This document shows positions 29,055 through 39,101 of a stretch of DNA of 64,000 nucleotides, piece by piece. A program made the translations under genes and the position numbers. Location: the NCBI GenBank assembly GCA_041650835.1, contig JBAZKL010000001.1:440185-504184 (forward strand). The letters run 5' to 3'. Position 1 is the first letter of the stretch, and each line of letters begins with the position of its first letter. The DNA comes from Candidatus Omnitrophota bacterium. GTDB taxonomy: Bacteria; Omnitrophota; Gorgyraeia; Gygaellales; Profunditerraquicolaceae. The notes beneath the pieces are model-generated. The model searched no databases and was not told the DNA's origin. It was given only the letters and a program-made list of their open reading frames with translations.

Positions 29055-29823
29055 TGTTAGCCCCTCTGGCCGCAACGACCTGGTTCCTCAACCTTCCTAT
29101 ACCTTCTATCTCTATTTCTATTATATCACGATTCTTCATTTTGCCAACACCGGGTGGAGTCCCCGTAGAAATGATGTCCCCCGGCAGGAGCGTCATGACC
29201 CGGGAAATATACGAAACCAGAAACGGCACCGCGAAGATCAAATTGGAAGTTGAAGAAGCCTGTTTGACACGTCCGTTCAAATACGCTGTTATTAAAAGTT
29301 CCCGCGTTTGCAATTTTGTCTCCAGCCACGGGCCGAAAGGGCAAAAGGTGTCAAACGACTTTGCTCTCGTCCACTGGCCGTCTCTTTTCTGCAGATCACG
29401 GGCAGTAACATCATTGAGGCAGCCATACCCTAAGATATGATCGCAAGCGTCCTTTTCTTTAATGAACCTGCCTTCTTTCTTAATGACCAGCGCCAATTCA
29501 GCTTCATAATCCAACCGCTTGACCCCGCGCGGATATATGATATTCTCCCGATGGGCGATAAGGGCGCTCGGAGGTTTCAGGAAAATAACCGGCTCCCGGG
29601 GGACATCCATCTCTAATTCCCGGGCATGGTCGCGGTAATTAAGGCCGACGAGGATGATCTTGGAAGGGCAGGCGGGTGAGCATAACAGGACTTTCGATAA
29701 AGCGATCCTTTCACCCGTAAGCTCAAATCTTGCGAAAGGGTGGTTTTTCAGCACAGAGATATCGTTATTCTCTATAACACCCCAGGAGATCCGCCGTTTA
29801 TATAAAAATCGCGCAATACGCAT
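29041..29823 (-). CDS. Fumarylacetoacetate hydrolase (FAH) family protein
   Basis: 260 aa in which YEAELALVI and the GTPPGVG metal-binding fold are typical of FAH/HpcE-like hydratases/isomerases. Confidence 0.8.
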   Translation of the reverse strand: MRIARFLYKRRISWGVIENNDISVLKNHPFARFELTGERIALSKVLLCSPACPSKIILVGLNYRDHARELEMDVPREPVIFLKPPSALIAHRENIIYPRGVKRLDYEAELALVIKKEGRFIKEKDACDHILGYGCLNDVTARDLQKRDGQWTRAKSFDTFCPFGPWLETKLQTRELLITAYLNGRVKQASSTSNLIFAVPFLVSYISRVMTLLPGDIISTGTPPGVGKMKNRDIIEIEIEGIGRLRNQVVAARGANNAAY

Positions 29824-29836
29824 AGCAGCTTCTCAA

Positions 29837-30133
29837 TTAAGCGATGATCTTGAGGACTTCTTTAACAAGCTGGCCTTTTCTAATACCAAGCTTTGCCGCA
29901 GCGGGAGAACAGGAATGAACGCTCGCCTTTAAGGCATCATCGATAGTTTTTATTCCGGTGACCTTGACCGCAACTTCGCGGAACCTGCGGGCGGCATTTA
30001 AATTAAGGTAGCCGCACATAATATACCCTCGAGAGCCTTTCAAGAGAATAAGGTTCTTTTCCAATAAGGGGATCAAGAACGCTTCAATCATTCTTTTCCC
30101 GGCTTTGATCTGGCGATGTTGTATCATAACCAC
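29837..30133 (-). CDS. DUF1805 (YunC-like) family protein
   Basis: ~98 aa with RGYIMCG and a ...TIDDAL...SCSPAAAKLGIRKGQ pattern that matches Bacillus YunC-like proteins. Confidence 0.55.
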   Translation of the reverse strand: MVMIQHRQIKAGKRMIEAFLIPLLEKNLILLKGSRGYIMCGYLNLNAARRFREVAVKVTGIKTIDDALKASVHSCSPAAAKLGIRKGQLVKEVLKIIA

Positions 30134-30633
30134 CCGCAGAGCGCAAAAGCGCTGATCGTCTTGGCATCGGTGATCTCACCCGCCCGGAACAATTTTTCCA
30201 ATTCCTCCCGGGTAACCACAGCTGCGGCTATAATTTCATCCGCCTCAAGGCGCGCTTTTTGTTTTCTTAATCCCTGCGCCTTGAATATCGTGATCTTTTC
30301 CGTTGAGTAACCCGGCACCGGATAGATCACGCCTAACCTGGTGAACCGGGCTGCGGCGTAGCCGGTTTCTTCGATGACCTCCCGCTTGGCGCAGGCTAAG
30401 GGAGATTCACCCCTGTTAAGCGTTCCCGCGGGCAACTCGTATAAATACGCGTTGATGACCGGCCGGAACTGTTTTAACAAAACCACTTTATTCTCACTCA
30501 CCAAAGGGATAACCAGGGCCGCTCCCGGATGACGGATCGTATCCAAATGAACAAGCCTGCCGTTTGGCAGCAACGTCTTTTTCGTCATTAAACTGATAAG
30601 CCTGCCCTTAAACCTGACGCCATTGTTACCCAT
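30124..30633 (-). CDS. NUDIX hydrolase (ADP-ribose pyrophosphatase-like)
   Basis: Nudix box GESPLACAKREVIEETGY. Confidence 0.8.
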   Translation of the reverse strand: MGNNGVRFKGRLISLMTKKTLLPNGRLVHLDTIRHPGAALVIPLVSENKVVLLKQFRPVINAYLYELPAGTLNRGESPLACAKREVIEETGYAAARFTRLGVIYPVPGYSTEKITIFKAQGLRKQKARLEADEIIAAAVVTREELEKLFRAGEITDAKTISAFALCGWL

Positions 30634-30648
30634 AAAACAAAGCCTTTC

Positions 30649-31371
30649 CTAATCGTTAGAACAGCTCAACGGAAGGTTACGCTCGACGAACTCGAGGATC
30701 TTCTTCTGCGTCTGGTTGTCTAATTTGTAGAACTCCAGGCCCATTCCCGGATAAAGCTGCGGTTGCAGCTCTTTCTGCACCAGCCAGGACACCTTGCAGT
30801 CAAGTTCAATGAGCCCGGGGCTGGGCAGAAGCGTAAGTTTAACGCGCAGCAATTCTCCCAACGGATAATTCTTATCGGCAAAAACGAGCAGCCCAACGGC
30901 GCTTAAATTAAAGACTTTACCGCGGATAAAATCTTTTTCGCGCGTTTTTGACCTAAGCTCTATATGAATATCCAGCGGCAGGCGTTTAAACCGGCGGCGC
31001 AGCTTCTTTTTCTGGATCTCGAGCATAGAACGCTCTCCCTCAAAGCTTTTCAGGGCTTCCTCAAGGCTGTCGTAAACATCCAGCACCCGGTCAAGATAAA
31101 CCAGGCACAAAATTTTTTTCAGGTGCGCGGAAATATTACAAAGCTTCATGTGCGCCTGATGGTTAAGCACATTCTTGTAGGCGATCGTCAACACGGTCAA
31201 ACCGGGGTAATCGATCATACTGACATCCTGAAAATCACAGACGATATTCTTAAAACCGTTATCCAGGCACCAGCCGATCCTTTCGATAAAATTAGCGGCA
31301 TCGATATCGATAGTCCCGGACAGCTCAAGGACCATACCCGACTTTTCCTTGCGTAATCTGATCTCTAACAT
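30649..31371 (-). CDS. STAS (anti-sigma-factor-antagonist-like) domain fused to a C-terminal PilZ (c-di-GMP-binding) domain
   Basis: The N-terminal ~110 aa form a STAS fold (MVLELSGTIDIDAANFIERI...MIDYPGLTVL). The C-terminal ~110 aa form a PilZ beta-barrel with an RxxxR-like segment (KKLRRRFKR) and D/SxSxGG-like FNLSAVGLLV. Confidence 0.6.
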   Translation of the reverse strand: MLEIRLRKEKSGMVLELSGTIDIDAANFIERIGWCLDNGFKNIVCDFQDVSMIDYPGLTVLTIAYKNVLNHQAHMKLCNISAHLKKILCLVYLDRVLDVYDSLEEALKSFEGERSMLEIQKKKLRRRFKRLPLDIHIELRSKTREKDFIRGKVFNLSAVGLLVFADKNYPLGELLRVKLTLLPSPGLIELDCKVSWLVQKELQPQLYPGMGLEFYKLDNQTQKKILEFVERNLPLSCSND

Positions 31372-32639
31372 AAGATTTCCTTAATTGAACTTAATATTGC
31401 GGCAGTCGCGCCTCGCTGCTTTGTAATGAGCTCTTGAGCGCGCCGTCCGAGCTTCATTAATTGCTCGGGATCATTTAATAAGCGAGTTATGCTTTCTTCC
31501 AGCCCCCCTATGTCCCTGACGGAGATCGCGGCCTGGTTTGACAAGAAGAGATCCGTAATATCGCGGAAGTTGAACATATGCGGGCCGAAAACAACCGCCT
31601 TTCCCAGCACTGCCGGCTCCAATATATTATGCCCGCCCCGGGGAATGAGGCTTCCGCCGACAAAAACGATATCCGCGGCGCGGTAAACCGATACCAGGTC
31701 CCCGATAGTATCCAGTATCACGACCGTTTGAGCGTTGAAGGAAGGCTGTTTATCCGCCAACCGGGAAAAACGAGCAGGTAAAAGCCCAAAACCTGCGATA
31801 ATTTTCTCTATTTCCGCTGCCCTGTCGGGATGGCGCGGAGCCAGGAGCAGGCGCAATCCCGGGAACATAGGCCTCAGATGCGTATAAACCCGCAATAATC
31901 CCTCTTCTTCGCCGGGATGCGTGGAACCGGCGACTAAAAACTTTTCCCGGGGGCTCAACCCCAAACGCAGACGGTAATCCCGGCCTTTCTTCTCCAAGGG
32001 CGCAGGAGGCGCCTCTACGTCAAACTTCATATTCCCCGCGACTTTAATTTTTGCACTCCTTACCCCGATGTCAGCGAATCGCTCGGCATCACGCCGGCTC
32101 TGGACACAAAACAACATAACCTTATTCAAGAATGGCGCGAGCAGGAATTTAATTGAACGATATCCCTTATAAGAAGCGTCCGAGATCCTCCCATTGACCA
32201 CGATCACCGGGACCTTTTTCCGGTACAGGCAGCTGATCAGGTTCGGCCAAAGTTCGGTCTCCACAATGATAAAAAGCCGGGGATTGATCCGCGTAATGAC
32301 TTTGTTGACGATAAAGCTAAAATCAAGCGGCAGGTACAAGACCTTGTCCCCATCCCGGGAAATATTCCGGGCGATAGTATTGCCGGTAGGTGTCACCGTA
32401 GAAATGACGAATTTGACGCCGGGGATTCCTTCGCGTAAAGCTTCAACCAAATTCTTCACCGCCATCGCCTCGCCGACACTCACCGCGTGGATCCAAACCG
32501 GACGTTCCTTGAATACGTCTGTCCCCGGCAGGAAGCCAAAACGCATCAGGAATCCCGGATGAAACTTATTCTTAAGAATATACCTCGGCAAATAAACGAG
32601 TGTCACAAAAAAAGCGATAATATCATAAATGATAAACAT
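31365..32639 (-). CDS. waaA: 3-deoxy-D-manno-octulosonic acid (Kdo) transferase WaaA/KdtA
   Basis: N-terminal TM anchor, VWIHAVSVGEAMAV (KdtA N-domain signature), GT-B fold, 424 aa. Confidence 0.85.
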   Translation of the reverse strand: MFIIYDIIAFFVTLVYLPRYILKNKFHPGFLMRFGFLPGTDVFKERPVWIHAVSVGEAMAVKNLVEALREGIPGVKFVISTVTPTGNTIARNISRDGDKVLYLPLDFSFIVNKVITRINPRLFIIVETELWPNLISCLYRKKVPVIVVNGRISDASYKGYRSIKFLLAPFLNKVMLFCVQSRRDAERFADIGVRSAKIKVAGNMKFDVEAPPAPLEKKGRDYRLRLGLSPREKFLVAGSTHPGEEEGLLRVYTHLRPMFPGLRLLLAPRHPDRAAEIEKIIAGFGLLPARFSRLADKQPSFNAQTVVILDTIGDLVSVYRAADIVFVGGSLIPRGGHNILEPAVLGKAVVFGPHMFNFRDITDLFLSNQAAISVRDIGGLEESITRLLNDPEQLMKLGRRAQELITKQRGATAAILSSIKEILC

Positions 32640-32647
32640 GCGATCCT

Positions 32648-33511
32648 TTAAGCCCGGGGATGAGCTTTATCATATACGCTCTTAAGCCGGTCAGTGGTCA
32701 GGTGCGTGTAGATCTGCGTCGTTGAAAGGTTCACGTGCCCCAGGAGCTCCTGCACGCTGCGCAGGTCCGCCCCGCGGTTTAAAAGGTGCGTGGCGAATGA
32801 ATGGCGCAGCGTATGCGCCGATACCCCCTGCTTTATCCCGCACATGCGTATATATTTCTTGACTATATTGCGCACGCCCCGGTCGCTGATACGGCTATTG
32901 TTTTTATTCAGGAACAAGACATCCGTCTGTTTCTTCCTGTTCTCAAGATACGCCCTGAGCGCCGCGAGCGCCGTATCGCCGACAGGGACGATCCGTTCCC
33001 TTCTTCCTTTACCCATCACCTTAACGACACAGCTGAAGAAATCGACATCGGGAATGCTTAACCCGACGAGCTCGCCGATACGCATCCCGGTACTGTAAAA
33101 CATCTCCAGGATCGCCCGGTCGCGGTGCCCCCGCTCATCATCAGTCGCCGCCGCGTCTATCAGCCTGCTTACCTCTTCTTCTGTCAAGAAAGAGGGAAGA
33201 TGCTTATCCTGCTTGGGGCTTGATATCGCCAGAATCGGGTTATTCTTCAAAAAGCCTTCCCGGACCAGGAATTTAAAGAATGAACGCAGCGAAGAAAGCC
33301 GGCGGGAGACCGTCCGGGCAACCAACTTTCTTTCTTTTAATGTCGCCAGATATTTACGCAGGGTGAGATAGTCGACTTTTTCCAGATCAGACTCACCCAA
33401 AAAAAGCCGGAAAGCCTCAAGGTCCAAATGATAATTCAGGATGGTATACTTAGAATAATTCTTTTCGATCTCTAAATACCTGATAAACTTCTCGATGTAT
33501 TTATCAGTCAT
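32648..33511 (-). CDS. Tyrosine site-specific recombinase XerC/XerD
   Basis: Catalytic R..HxxR..Y signature (HTLRHSFATHLL ... LLGHVNLSTTQIYTHL) and an N-terminal SAM-like core-binding domain. Confidence 0.9.
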   Translation of the reverse strand: MTDKYIEKFIRYLEIEKNYSKYTILNYHLDLEAFRLFLGESDLEKVDYLTLRKYLATLKERKLVARTVSRRLSSLRSFFKFLVREGFLKNNPILAISSPKQDKHLPSFLTEEEVSRLIDAAATDDERGHRDRAILEMFYSTGMRIGELVGLSIPDVDFFSCVVKVMGKGRRERIVPVGDTALAALRAYLENRKKQTDVLFLNKNNSRISDRGVRNIVKKYIRMCGIKQGVSAHTLRHSFATHLLNRGADLRSVQELLGHVNLSTTQIYTHLTTDRLKSVYDKAHPRA

Positions 33512-35497
33512 TTAAGCTTGGGTTTCCGGCAATGCCTTTGAGGTATAGGTGCATTGCGGATATTTTGAACAGCCGTAAAAATACCCGCGGATCGAGCGGC
33601 GTTCGATCAATTCCCCGTCACAGCCGGGAGAAGGGCACTTTACCCCGCTGGTTATGGATTTAGAGCTCTTGCATTCCGGATATCCGGAACAGCTCAGGAA
33701 TTTGCCTTTTCTGCCCCACTTCAAGATCATCGGCTTGCCGCAAAGCTGACAGACCTCATCCGTGGTTATCACTTCCTTCTGGATATTCTGCTGGGCGAAA
33801 TCAACGCTCGTTTTAAACGGCCCGTAGAATTCAGATAATATTTTTATTTTATCGGCATTGCCTTGCTCGACCTCATCAAGCATTTCTTCCATATTCGCGG
33901 TAAACTTAACATCCATGACCTTAGGAAAATACTCGACCAGGAGGTCGCAGACTTTAAAGCCCAGTTCCGACGGATGAAAATACCCTTTGATCCTGCGTAT
34001 ATAATCCCGCAGGATAAGGGTAGCGATGATCGGCGCGTAGGTCGAAGGCCTGCCGATGCCCTCCTCTTCCAACGCCTTGACCAGGGAGCTGTCGGAAAAT
34101 CGAGGCGGCGGCTTGGTAAAATGCTGGGAGGGCAGAAGCTGCAGCAGCTTCAATATTTCATCTTTCTCCAAAGCCGGGATCTCGTTCTTCGCTTTAGGCT
34201 TCTCCTCTTCTTCTTCATTTGTTTTGCTATAGACTTTCATAAAACCTTCAAAGATAAGGGAACTGCCGCTTGCCGCTAAGCCGTATTTTCCCGCTCCGAT
34301 AGCCACCGAAGTAACCGCGTAACGCGCGGGCATCATTTGACTGGAAACAAAACGGTTATAGATCAACTCATACAGCCTGAATTGTTCGGCGCTCAAGAAT
34401 TGCCTGATACTTTCAGGATGACGGCTCACGTCGGAGGGCCTGATCGCCTCATGCGCCTCCTGGGCGAATTTCTTGACCTTATAAACAGGCGGCGCCTCCG
34501 GAAGATACTCCTGCCCGAAACTCTTTTGGATATATTCGCGGACATAAGCTACCGCTTCCTTGGATACCGCGGTAGAATCCGTACGCATATACGTGATCAG
34601 CCCCACGGGGCCGTCCTCCCCGATATCGATACCTTCATAGAGTTGCTGCGCGACGATCATAGTCTTCGTCGCGTTAAATTTCAATTTATTAAACGATTCC
34701 TGCTGCAGGGTACTGGTAATGAACGGAGGGTCCGGGTTACGTTTTTTTTCGCTCTTTTTGACGTCAAGCACGACAAACTGCTCTCCCTGCAATTCCCGGA
34801 TGATCGCGTCTGTTTCCTCTTTACTCTTAATTTCAATTTTTTTATCTTCACGTTTATCGAGCTTCGCGGTAAAAACCCCCGCATTTTCAACCGAGGGCTT
34901 AGAAAGCTCCGCTTCTACCTCCCAGTACTCCTGAGGGATGAAAGCATTGATCTGGCGTTCCCGGTCCACGATCAGGCGCAGTGCCACCGACTGGACCCTG
35001 CCGGCGCTTAAGCCCCGGACGATCTTCTTCCATAATAACGGGCTCAAGAAATATCCGACGAGCCTGTCCAGGATCCTCCTGCCGATCTGCGCTTCAACCA
35101 TATGCATCTTAAATTCACGCGGATGCTCAAATGCGCTTTTAACCGCGGAAGCCGTGATCTCGTGGAACTCAACGCGGTGAACCTCTTTATCTTTAAAAAG
35201 CCTGTTCTTCAAATGCCAGCCGATAGCCTCTCCTTCCCGGTCAGGGTCGGTAGCGATATAGATCACGTCTTTGTTCTTGGCCTCTTTCTTCAGGTCAGCA
35301 AGCATCTTCTTCCTGCCGAAAATAACGACGTAATGAGGCTCGAAATTATGCTCAATATCGATCCCCAGGTCTTTCTTGGGAAGATCGATCAAATGCCCCA
35401 TGGAAGAAACAACCGAATATCCGCTGCCGATTATCTTGCCGATCGTTTTAGCTTTGGTGGGAGATTCAACTATAACTAAGCTTTTTTTCTTCATCAT
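33512..35497 (-). CDS. topA: DNA topoisomerase I with C-terminal zinc-ribbon domains
   Basis: Toprim N-terminus (SLVIVESPTKAKTI), active-site Tyr region (GLITYMRTDS) and C-terminal CxxC zinc ribbons. Confidence 0.9.
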   Translation of the reverse strand: MMKKKSLVIVESPTKAKTIGKIIGSGYSVVSSMGHLIDLPKKDLGIDIEHNFEPHYVVIFGRKKMLADLKKEAKNKDVIYIATDPDREGEAIGWHLKNRLFKDKEVHRVEFHEITASAVKSAFEHPREFKMHMVEAQIGRRILDRLVGYFLSPLLWKKIVRGLSAGRVQSVALRLIVDRERQINAFIPQEYWEVEAELSKPSVENAGVFTAKLDKREDKKIEIKSKEETDAIIRELQGEQFVVLDVKKSEKKRNPDPPFITSTLQQESFNKLKFNATKTMIVAQQLYEGIDIGEDGPVGLITYMRTDSTAVSKEAVAYVREYIQKSFGQEYLPEAPPVYKVKKFAQEAHEAIRPSDVSRHPESIRQFLSAEQFRLYELIYNRFVSSQMMPARYAVTSVAIGAGKYGLAASGSSLIFEGFMKVYSKTNEEEEEKPKAKNEIPALEKDEILKLLQLLPSQHFTKPPPRFSDSSLVKALEEEGIGRPSTYAPIIATLILRDYIRRIKGYFHPSELGFKVCDLLVEYFPKVMDVKFTANMEEMLDEVEQGNADKIKILSEFYGPFKTSVDFAQQNIQKEVITTDEVCQLCGKPMILKWGRKGKFLSCSGYPECKSSKSITSGVKCPSPGCDGELIERRSIRGYFYGCSKYPQCTYTSKALPETQA

Positions 35498-36605
35498 GAT
35501 CCCTTATAAATTGTTTGCCCGGAAGTTGTTTAATTAATTTCTGGACCTGTAGCCGTAAGAGTGCCCCCAGCACAAAAGCAGTATCCAGATTCACCCGTCC
35601 TGCTATCTCATCCAAAGAAACAGGATAATTCGATATAAGGCCATACACCATCATCTCCTCAGGGGACAAAGAAAGAGGCTCATTGCTCCCCATATCGCGC
35701 CGGGCCGGCCGCAGGGTTGAGCGTTGATCCAAGTTTTGCGCAAAGGCAAACTCTTCAATAATCTCCTCGGCGCAAGAAACTAATTTCGCCCCTTGCTTGA
35801 TCAATTCATGCGTCCCGTAGGAATTGCGCGCGCCCAGATTTGCCGGTAACGCGAAGACTTCCCGCCCCTGCTCTAACGCGAAATCAACCGTGATCAATGC
35901 TCCGCTGTTCCGGGCTGCTTCAACTACCAGAACGCCTTGCGATAACCCGCTGATAACGCGATTGCGGCGGGGAAAGTTTTGCCTCCACGGCCCGGTCTCC
36001 ATGGAGAATTCAGAAACAACTACTCCGGATTGAATGATCTTTTCCAACAACGCGCGGTTCTCGGGAGGATAGATATGGTTAAACCCGCTGCCCATGACCG
36101 CGATGGTCCGGCCTCCCCGCGTTAACGCGGCCGTGTGAGCGGCCGTATCGATACCCCGCGCCATCCCGGAAACAATAGTGAAGCCCCGTTCAGATAACTC
36201 GCCGGCGAACTTTTGCGCGTAGGTTATCCCATAATAAGATGCCTGGCGGGACCCTACTAAAGCCAGGCTCCGTTTATCTTCCGGGACAAACTCACCGCGC
36301 ACGTACAAAACGATCGGCGGATCAGGTATGCACGATAAATTCCCGGGATACCCGCGCTCTCCCAGCGTCAAAAGTTTGATCCCTGATCTTCTGATCAGCC
36401 GGAATTCCCGTTGTAGATCTCCCGCTTTTAACGAGCCTATACGGCCGGCGATATTGGCGCCTATTCCACAGACGGATATGATCTTCTCCCGGGGCGCCTT
36501 TAAAATATTCTCCGGCTTTCCGAAGGCATCGAGCAGCTTCTTTAAACGGATGCTGCCGACGTCACAAACCATATTTAATCCTACCAAAGCTTCTAAATCA
36601 TTCAT
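35466..36605 (-). CDS. dprA: DNA-processing protein DprA (Smf)
   Basis: Rossmann-like DprA core (ALVGSRQASYYG...TIVSGMARGIDTAAH) and a C-terminal winged helix. Confidence 0.85.
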   Translation of the reverse strand: MNDLEALVGLNMVCDVGSIRLKKLLDAFGKPENILKAPREKIISVCGIGANIAGRIGSLKAGDLQREFRLIRRSGIKLLTLGERGYPGNLSCIPDPPIVLYVRGEFVPEDKRSLALVGSRQASYYGITYAQKFAGELSERGFTIVSGMARGIDTAAHTAALTRGGRTIAVMGSGFNHIYPPENRALLEKIIQSGVVVSEFSMETGPWRQNFPRRNRVISGLSQGVLVVEAARNSGALITVDFALEQGREVFALPANLGARNSYGTHELIKQGAKLVSCAEEIIEEFAFAQNLDQRSTLRPARRDMGSNEPLSLSPEEMMVYGLISNYPVSLDEIAGRVNLDTAFVLGALLRLQVQKLIKQLPGKQFIRDHDEEKKLSYS

Positions 36606-37107
36606 GATCTGCGGTGGCCAGGGAGATCTTCTCTGCTGCCTCCTGAATGGATACGCCTGAAGTATCGATACTCACATCCGCTAACGCGTACGCGGCAGCC
36701 CGGATTTTCAACAAAGATTCGATTTTCGCCTTTGGGTCGGGGACATTCAATAAAGGACGATGGGCAAACCTCCTCGTCCTCTCAATGATCACTTCCGCGG
36801 AAGCAGTCAAACAAACAAGGATACCTGCTTTTTTCATGATCTCGATATTCTCCGGATCGGTCACGATGCCTCCGCCGCAGGCGATCACGCAGGAGCTTTC
36901 TAAAACAGCTTCGCGTAAAGCCTGTTTTTCCAGCTGCCGGAAATACGGCTCTCCGTCGCGGGCGAAGATATCGGCGATCTTTCTTTTCTCACTTGCTTCG
37001 ATACGATCGTCAAGATCGACAAACCGCCAGCGCTTCTTCCGGGCAAGCGCCTTGCCCACGGAAGTCTTGCCTGTCCCCATAAATCCTACGAGAAAAATAT
37101 TCTTCAT
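36598..37107 (-). CDS. aroK: Shikimate kinase
   Basis: IFLVGFMGTGKTSVGKALA Walker A motif, ~170 aa. The start is trimmed to MKNIFL (37107), because the longer ORF overlaps spoVG. Confidence 0.8.
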   Translation of the reverse strand: MKNIFLVGFMGTGKTSVGKALARKKRWRFVDLDDRIEASEKRKIADIFARDGEPYFRQLEKQALREAVLESSCVIACGGGIVTDPENIEIMKKAGILVCLTASAEVIIERTRRFAHRPLLNVPDPKAKIESLLKIRAAAYALADVSIDTSGVSIQEAAEKISLATADHE

Positions 37108-37159
37108 TCTGCGTTCGATAAAAGCTCTAAAGCGAAAGCCGCTTAAAGCCGTAACGGGA

Positions 37160-37417
37160 TCATTCCTGGTACGCGGACAAAACCACCCCGGTAAGTTCAA
37201 CAAGCGCTTGCTTGGTCGCGGGATAAAAAACATTATACCATTTCCCGTCCTTAGACTTTTCCTGGGGCATCCCCAGAAACAAGCCGTTTTTTCCTTTCAC
37301 CACGCGCAAGCCTTTAACGATAAAATCGCCGAAAGACACATCGACAAAAGCCTTTAAACTGGAATCGCCTTCCAAACGGAACAACCGCACTACCGTAACA
37401 CCTGTTTCCCCGGACAT
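37160..37417 (-). CDS. spoVG: Septation/regulatory protein SpoVG
   Basis: FVDVSFGDFIVKGLRVVKGKNGLFLGMPQEKSKDGKWYNVFYPATKQALVEL closely follows the SpoVG consensus (...IRVIEGKNGLFVAMPS.KT.DG.F.DIAHPI...). Confidence 0.8.
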   Translation of the reverse strand: MSGETGVTVVRLFRLEGDSSLKAFVDVSFGDFIVKGLRVVKGKNGLFLGMPQEKSKDGKWYNVFYPATKQALVELTGVVLSAYQE

Positions 37418-37570
37418 ATCGTTCCTCCTTTTAAAGCGCCTTTTGAGCAAAAGGCACGTCTTTTAGTAAGGCATTAAGCTTAAGCGCACCCTCTTGGCGC
37501 CATACTATGCCCTCACTAACAATAGACGTTTGAGGAACGATTTTCTAACAAAAATATTTTTAATATCCCG

Positions 37571-37876
37571 CTAAAGCGACTGTAATTTCGTCAGGATCTC
37601 AGTGACACCGACATACTGCGCGCCTTCTTCACGCACGACTAATTTGTAGAACTCGCAGACCATGCAATTGCCCACTTTCGCGGCGAATGCCCCCTGGACC
37701 TTGCCGCCGCAAAGCGTTCCCGATACCGCCCAACAGGCACGGCCGGCATTCTTGCCGCTATTGATCTTATCCACCCGTATCTCAAGAGCTACGGGGCACG
37801 CCCCTAATTCAGAGACTTTAATGCCTCCCGGCTCCCGGCCGCATTTCTTGAACTCCCAGCAGTTTTGTTTTGCCAT
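37571..37876 (-). CDS. Small cysteine-rich protein with two Cys-Trp motifs (two-CW-like domain)
   Basis: 101 aa reading MAKQNCWEFKKCGRE...GRACWAVSGTLCGG...CMVCEF, i.e. seven Cys and two CW motifs. It resembles N-terminal two-CW sensor domains (inference). Confidence 0.45.
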   Translation of the reverse strand: MAKQNCWEFKKCGREPGGIKVSELGACPVALEIRVDKINSGKNAGRACWAVSGTLCGGKVQGAFAAKVGNCMVCEFYKLVVREEGAQYVGVTEILTKLQSL

Positions 37877-37933
37877 AAAATCTTCTCCTTTTAGAGCATT
37901 TCTGACCCGGCAAAGAACGGCACTTTACCAAAC

Positions 37934-38980
37934 TTACGCTTTCTTGAGCCTTAATAAATACGCTTTATAGGCGCTCTTAATATCCACAAGGTTATCCTCG
38001 CCGAACTTCTCTAAAAACGCGCGAGATATCTCGAAAGCAGCCGCGCTTTCCGCGACAACGCCGGCAGCCTCCACGACGCAAGTATCCGAACGCTCGACCG
38101 CCGCTTTGGAAGCTTTCTTCGAAATGATATTCACCGAATCCAACGGGTCCATGAGCGTGCAAATAGGCTTCATACACCCCCGCAGGATAATATCTTCTCC
38201 GTTGGATATCCCGCCTTCTATGCCACCGGCATTATTCGTATTACGGTAATATCCTTTTCCACGGGAATAATAGATCGCGTCGTGCGTCTGTGAACCCCGC
38301 TTTCCGGCATAACCAAAACCTAAGCCGATCTCAACCGCTTTAATACCGGGTATTGCCATGACAGCCTGAGCCAGGCGGCCGTCAAGCCTGCGGTCAGGAT
38401 GAGCATAGCTGCCTAAGCCGACAGGAATACCGGTGATCCCGATTTCGAAGATCCCCCCCAAAGTATCTTTTGCTTCCTGCGCCTGAATGATCTTAGCAAT
38501 GATCCCTTCCTTACTACTTTCCCCCCCCACTGATATGACACTACTGGAAATAGAAATATTGAACTCCCGTAAGAATATCTTACAAAGAGCGCCTATCCCA
38601 ACGGTAGCAACTGTGCTGCGCGCGGAAGCCCGCTCCAAAACTTCCCTGATATCGCTTAACCCGTATTTTAATATACCCGGCAGGTCCGCGTGCCCGGGAC
38701 GGGGACAAACTACTTTCGCTAATCTCTCGATACTGGAATCTTTATTTAAGACCAAAAGCGAGACCGGACTGCCCAGGGTTACCCCGTTCTTTAAACCGGA
38801 AATGACCTGAGCGCTATCCTGTTCGATTTGCATGCGTTTTCCCCGGCCAAATCCCTGTTGACGGCGCTTTAATTCCTTATTAATCGCTTCAACATTTATT
38901 TTTAAACCTGCCGGCATCCCTTCCAGAATAACCACATTACCCTTCCCATGCGATTCACCGGCAGTTAAATAACGTAACAT
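37934..38980 (-). CDS. aroC: Chorismate synthase
   Basis: MLRYLTAGESHGKG N-terminus and GRSSARETAMRVAAG-like internal signatures, 348 aa. Confidence 0.9.
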   Translation of the reverse strand: MLRYLTAGESHGKGNVVILEGMPAGLKINVEAINKELKRRQQGFGRGKRMQIEQDSAQVISGLKNGVTLGSPVSLLVLNKDSSIERLAKVVCPRPGHADLPGILKYGLSDIREVLERASARSTVATVGIGALCKIFLREFNISISSSVISVGGESSKEGIIAKIIQAQEAKDTLGGIFEIGITGIPVGLGSYAHPDRRLDGRLAQAVMAIPGIKAVEIGLGFGYAGKRGSQTHDAIYYSRGKGYYRNTNNAGGIEGGISNGEDIILRGCMKPICTLMDPLDSVNIISKKASKAAVERSDTCVVEAAGVVAESAAAFEISRAFLEKFGEDNLVDIKSAYKAYLLRLKKA

Positions 38981-39101
38981 AATAAGGCCTCCTCTTCTTT
39001 CACTTTTTCACTTACTGCGGATATAATTGTTAATTATTACATAGCAATATATTACATGAACATCTAAACACTGTAAAGAAACTTTTACTTGTATCGCGAT
39101 C

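Noticed and set aside
37440-37570. Intergenic region upstream of spoVG examined for a tRNA or riboswitch
   Set aside because: No cloverleaf-compatible arms or conserved T-loop (GGTTCGAATCC-like) or riboswitch core motifs were recognisable. It is left unannotated.
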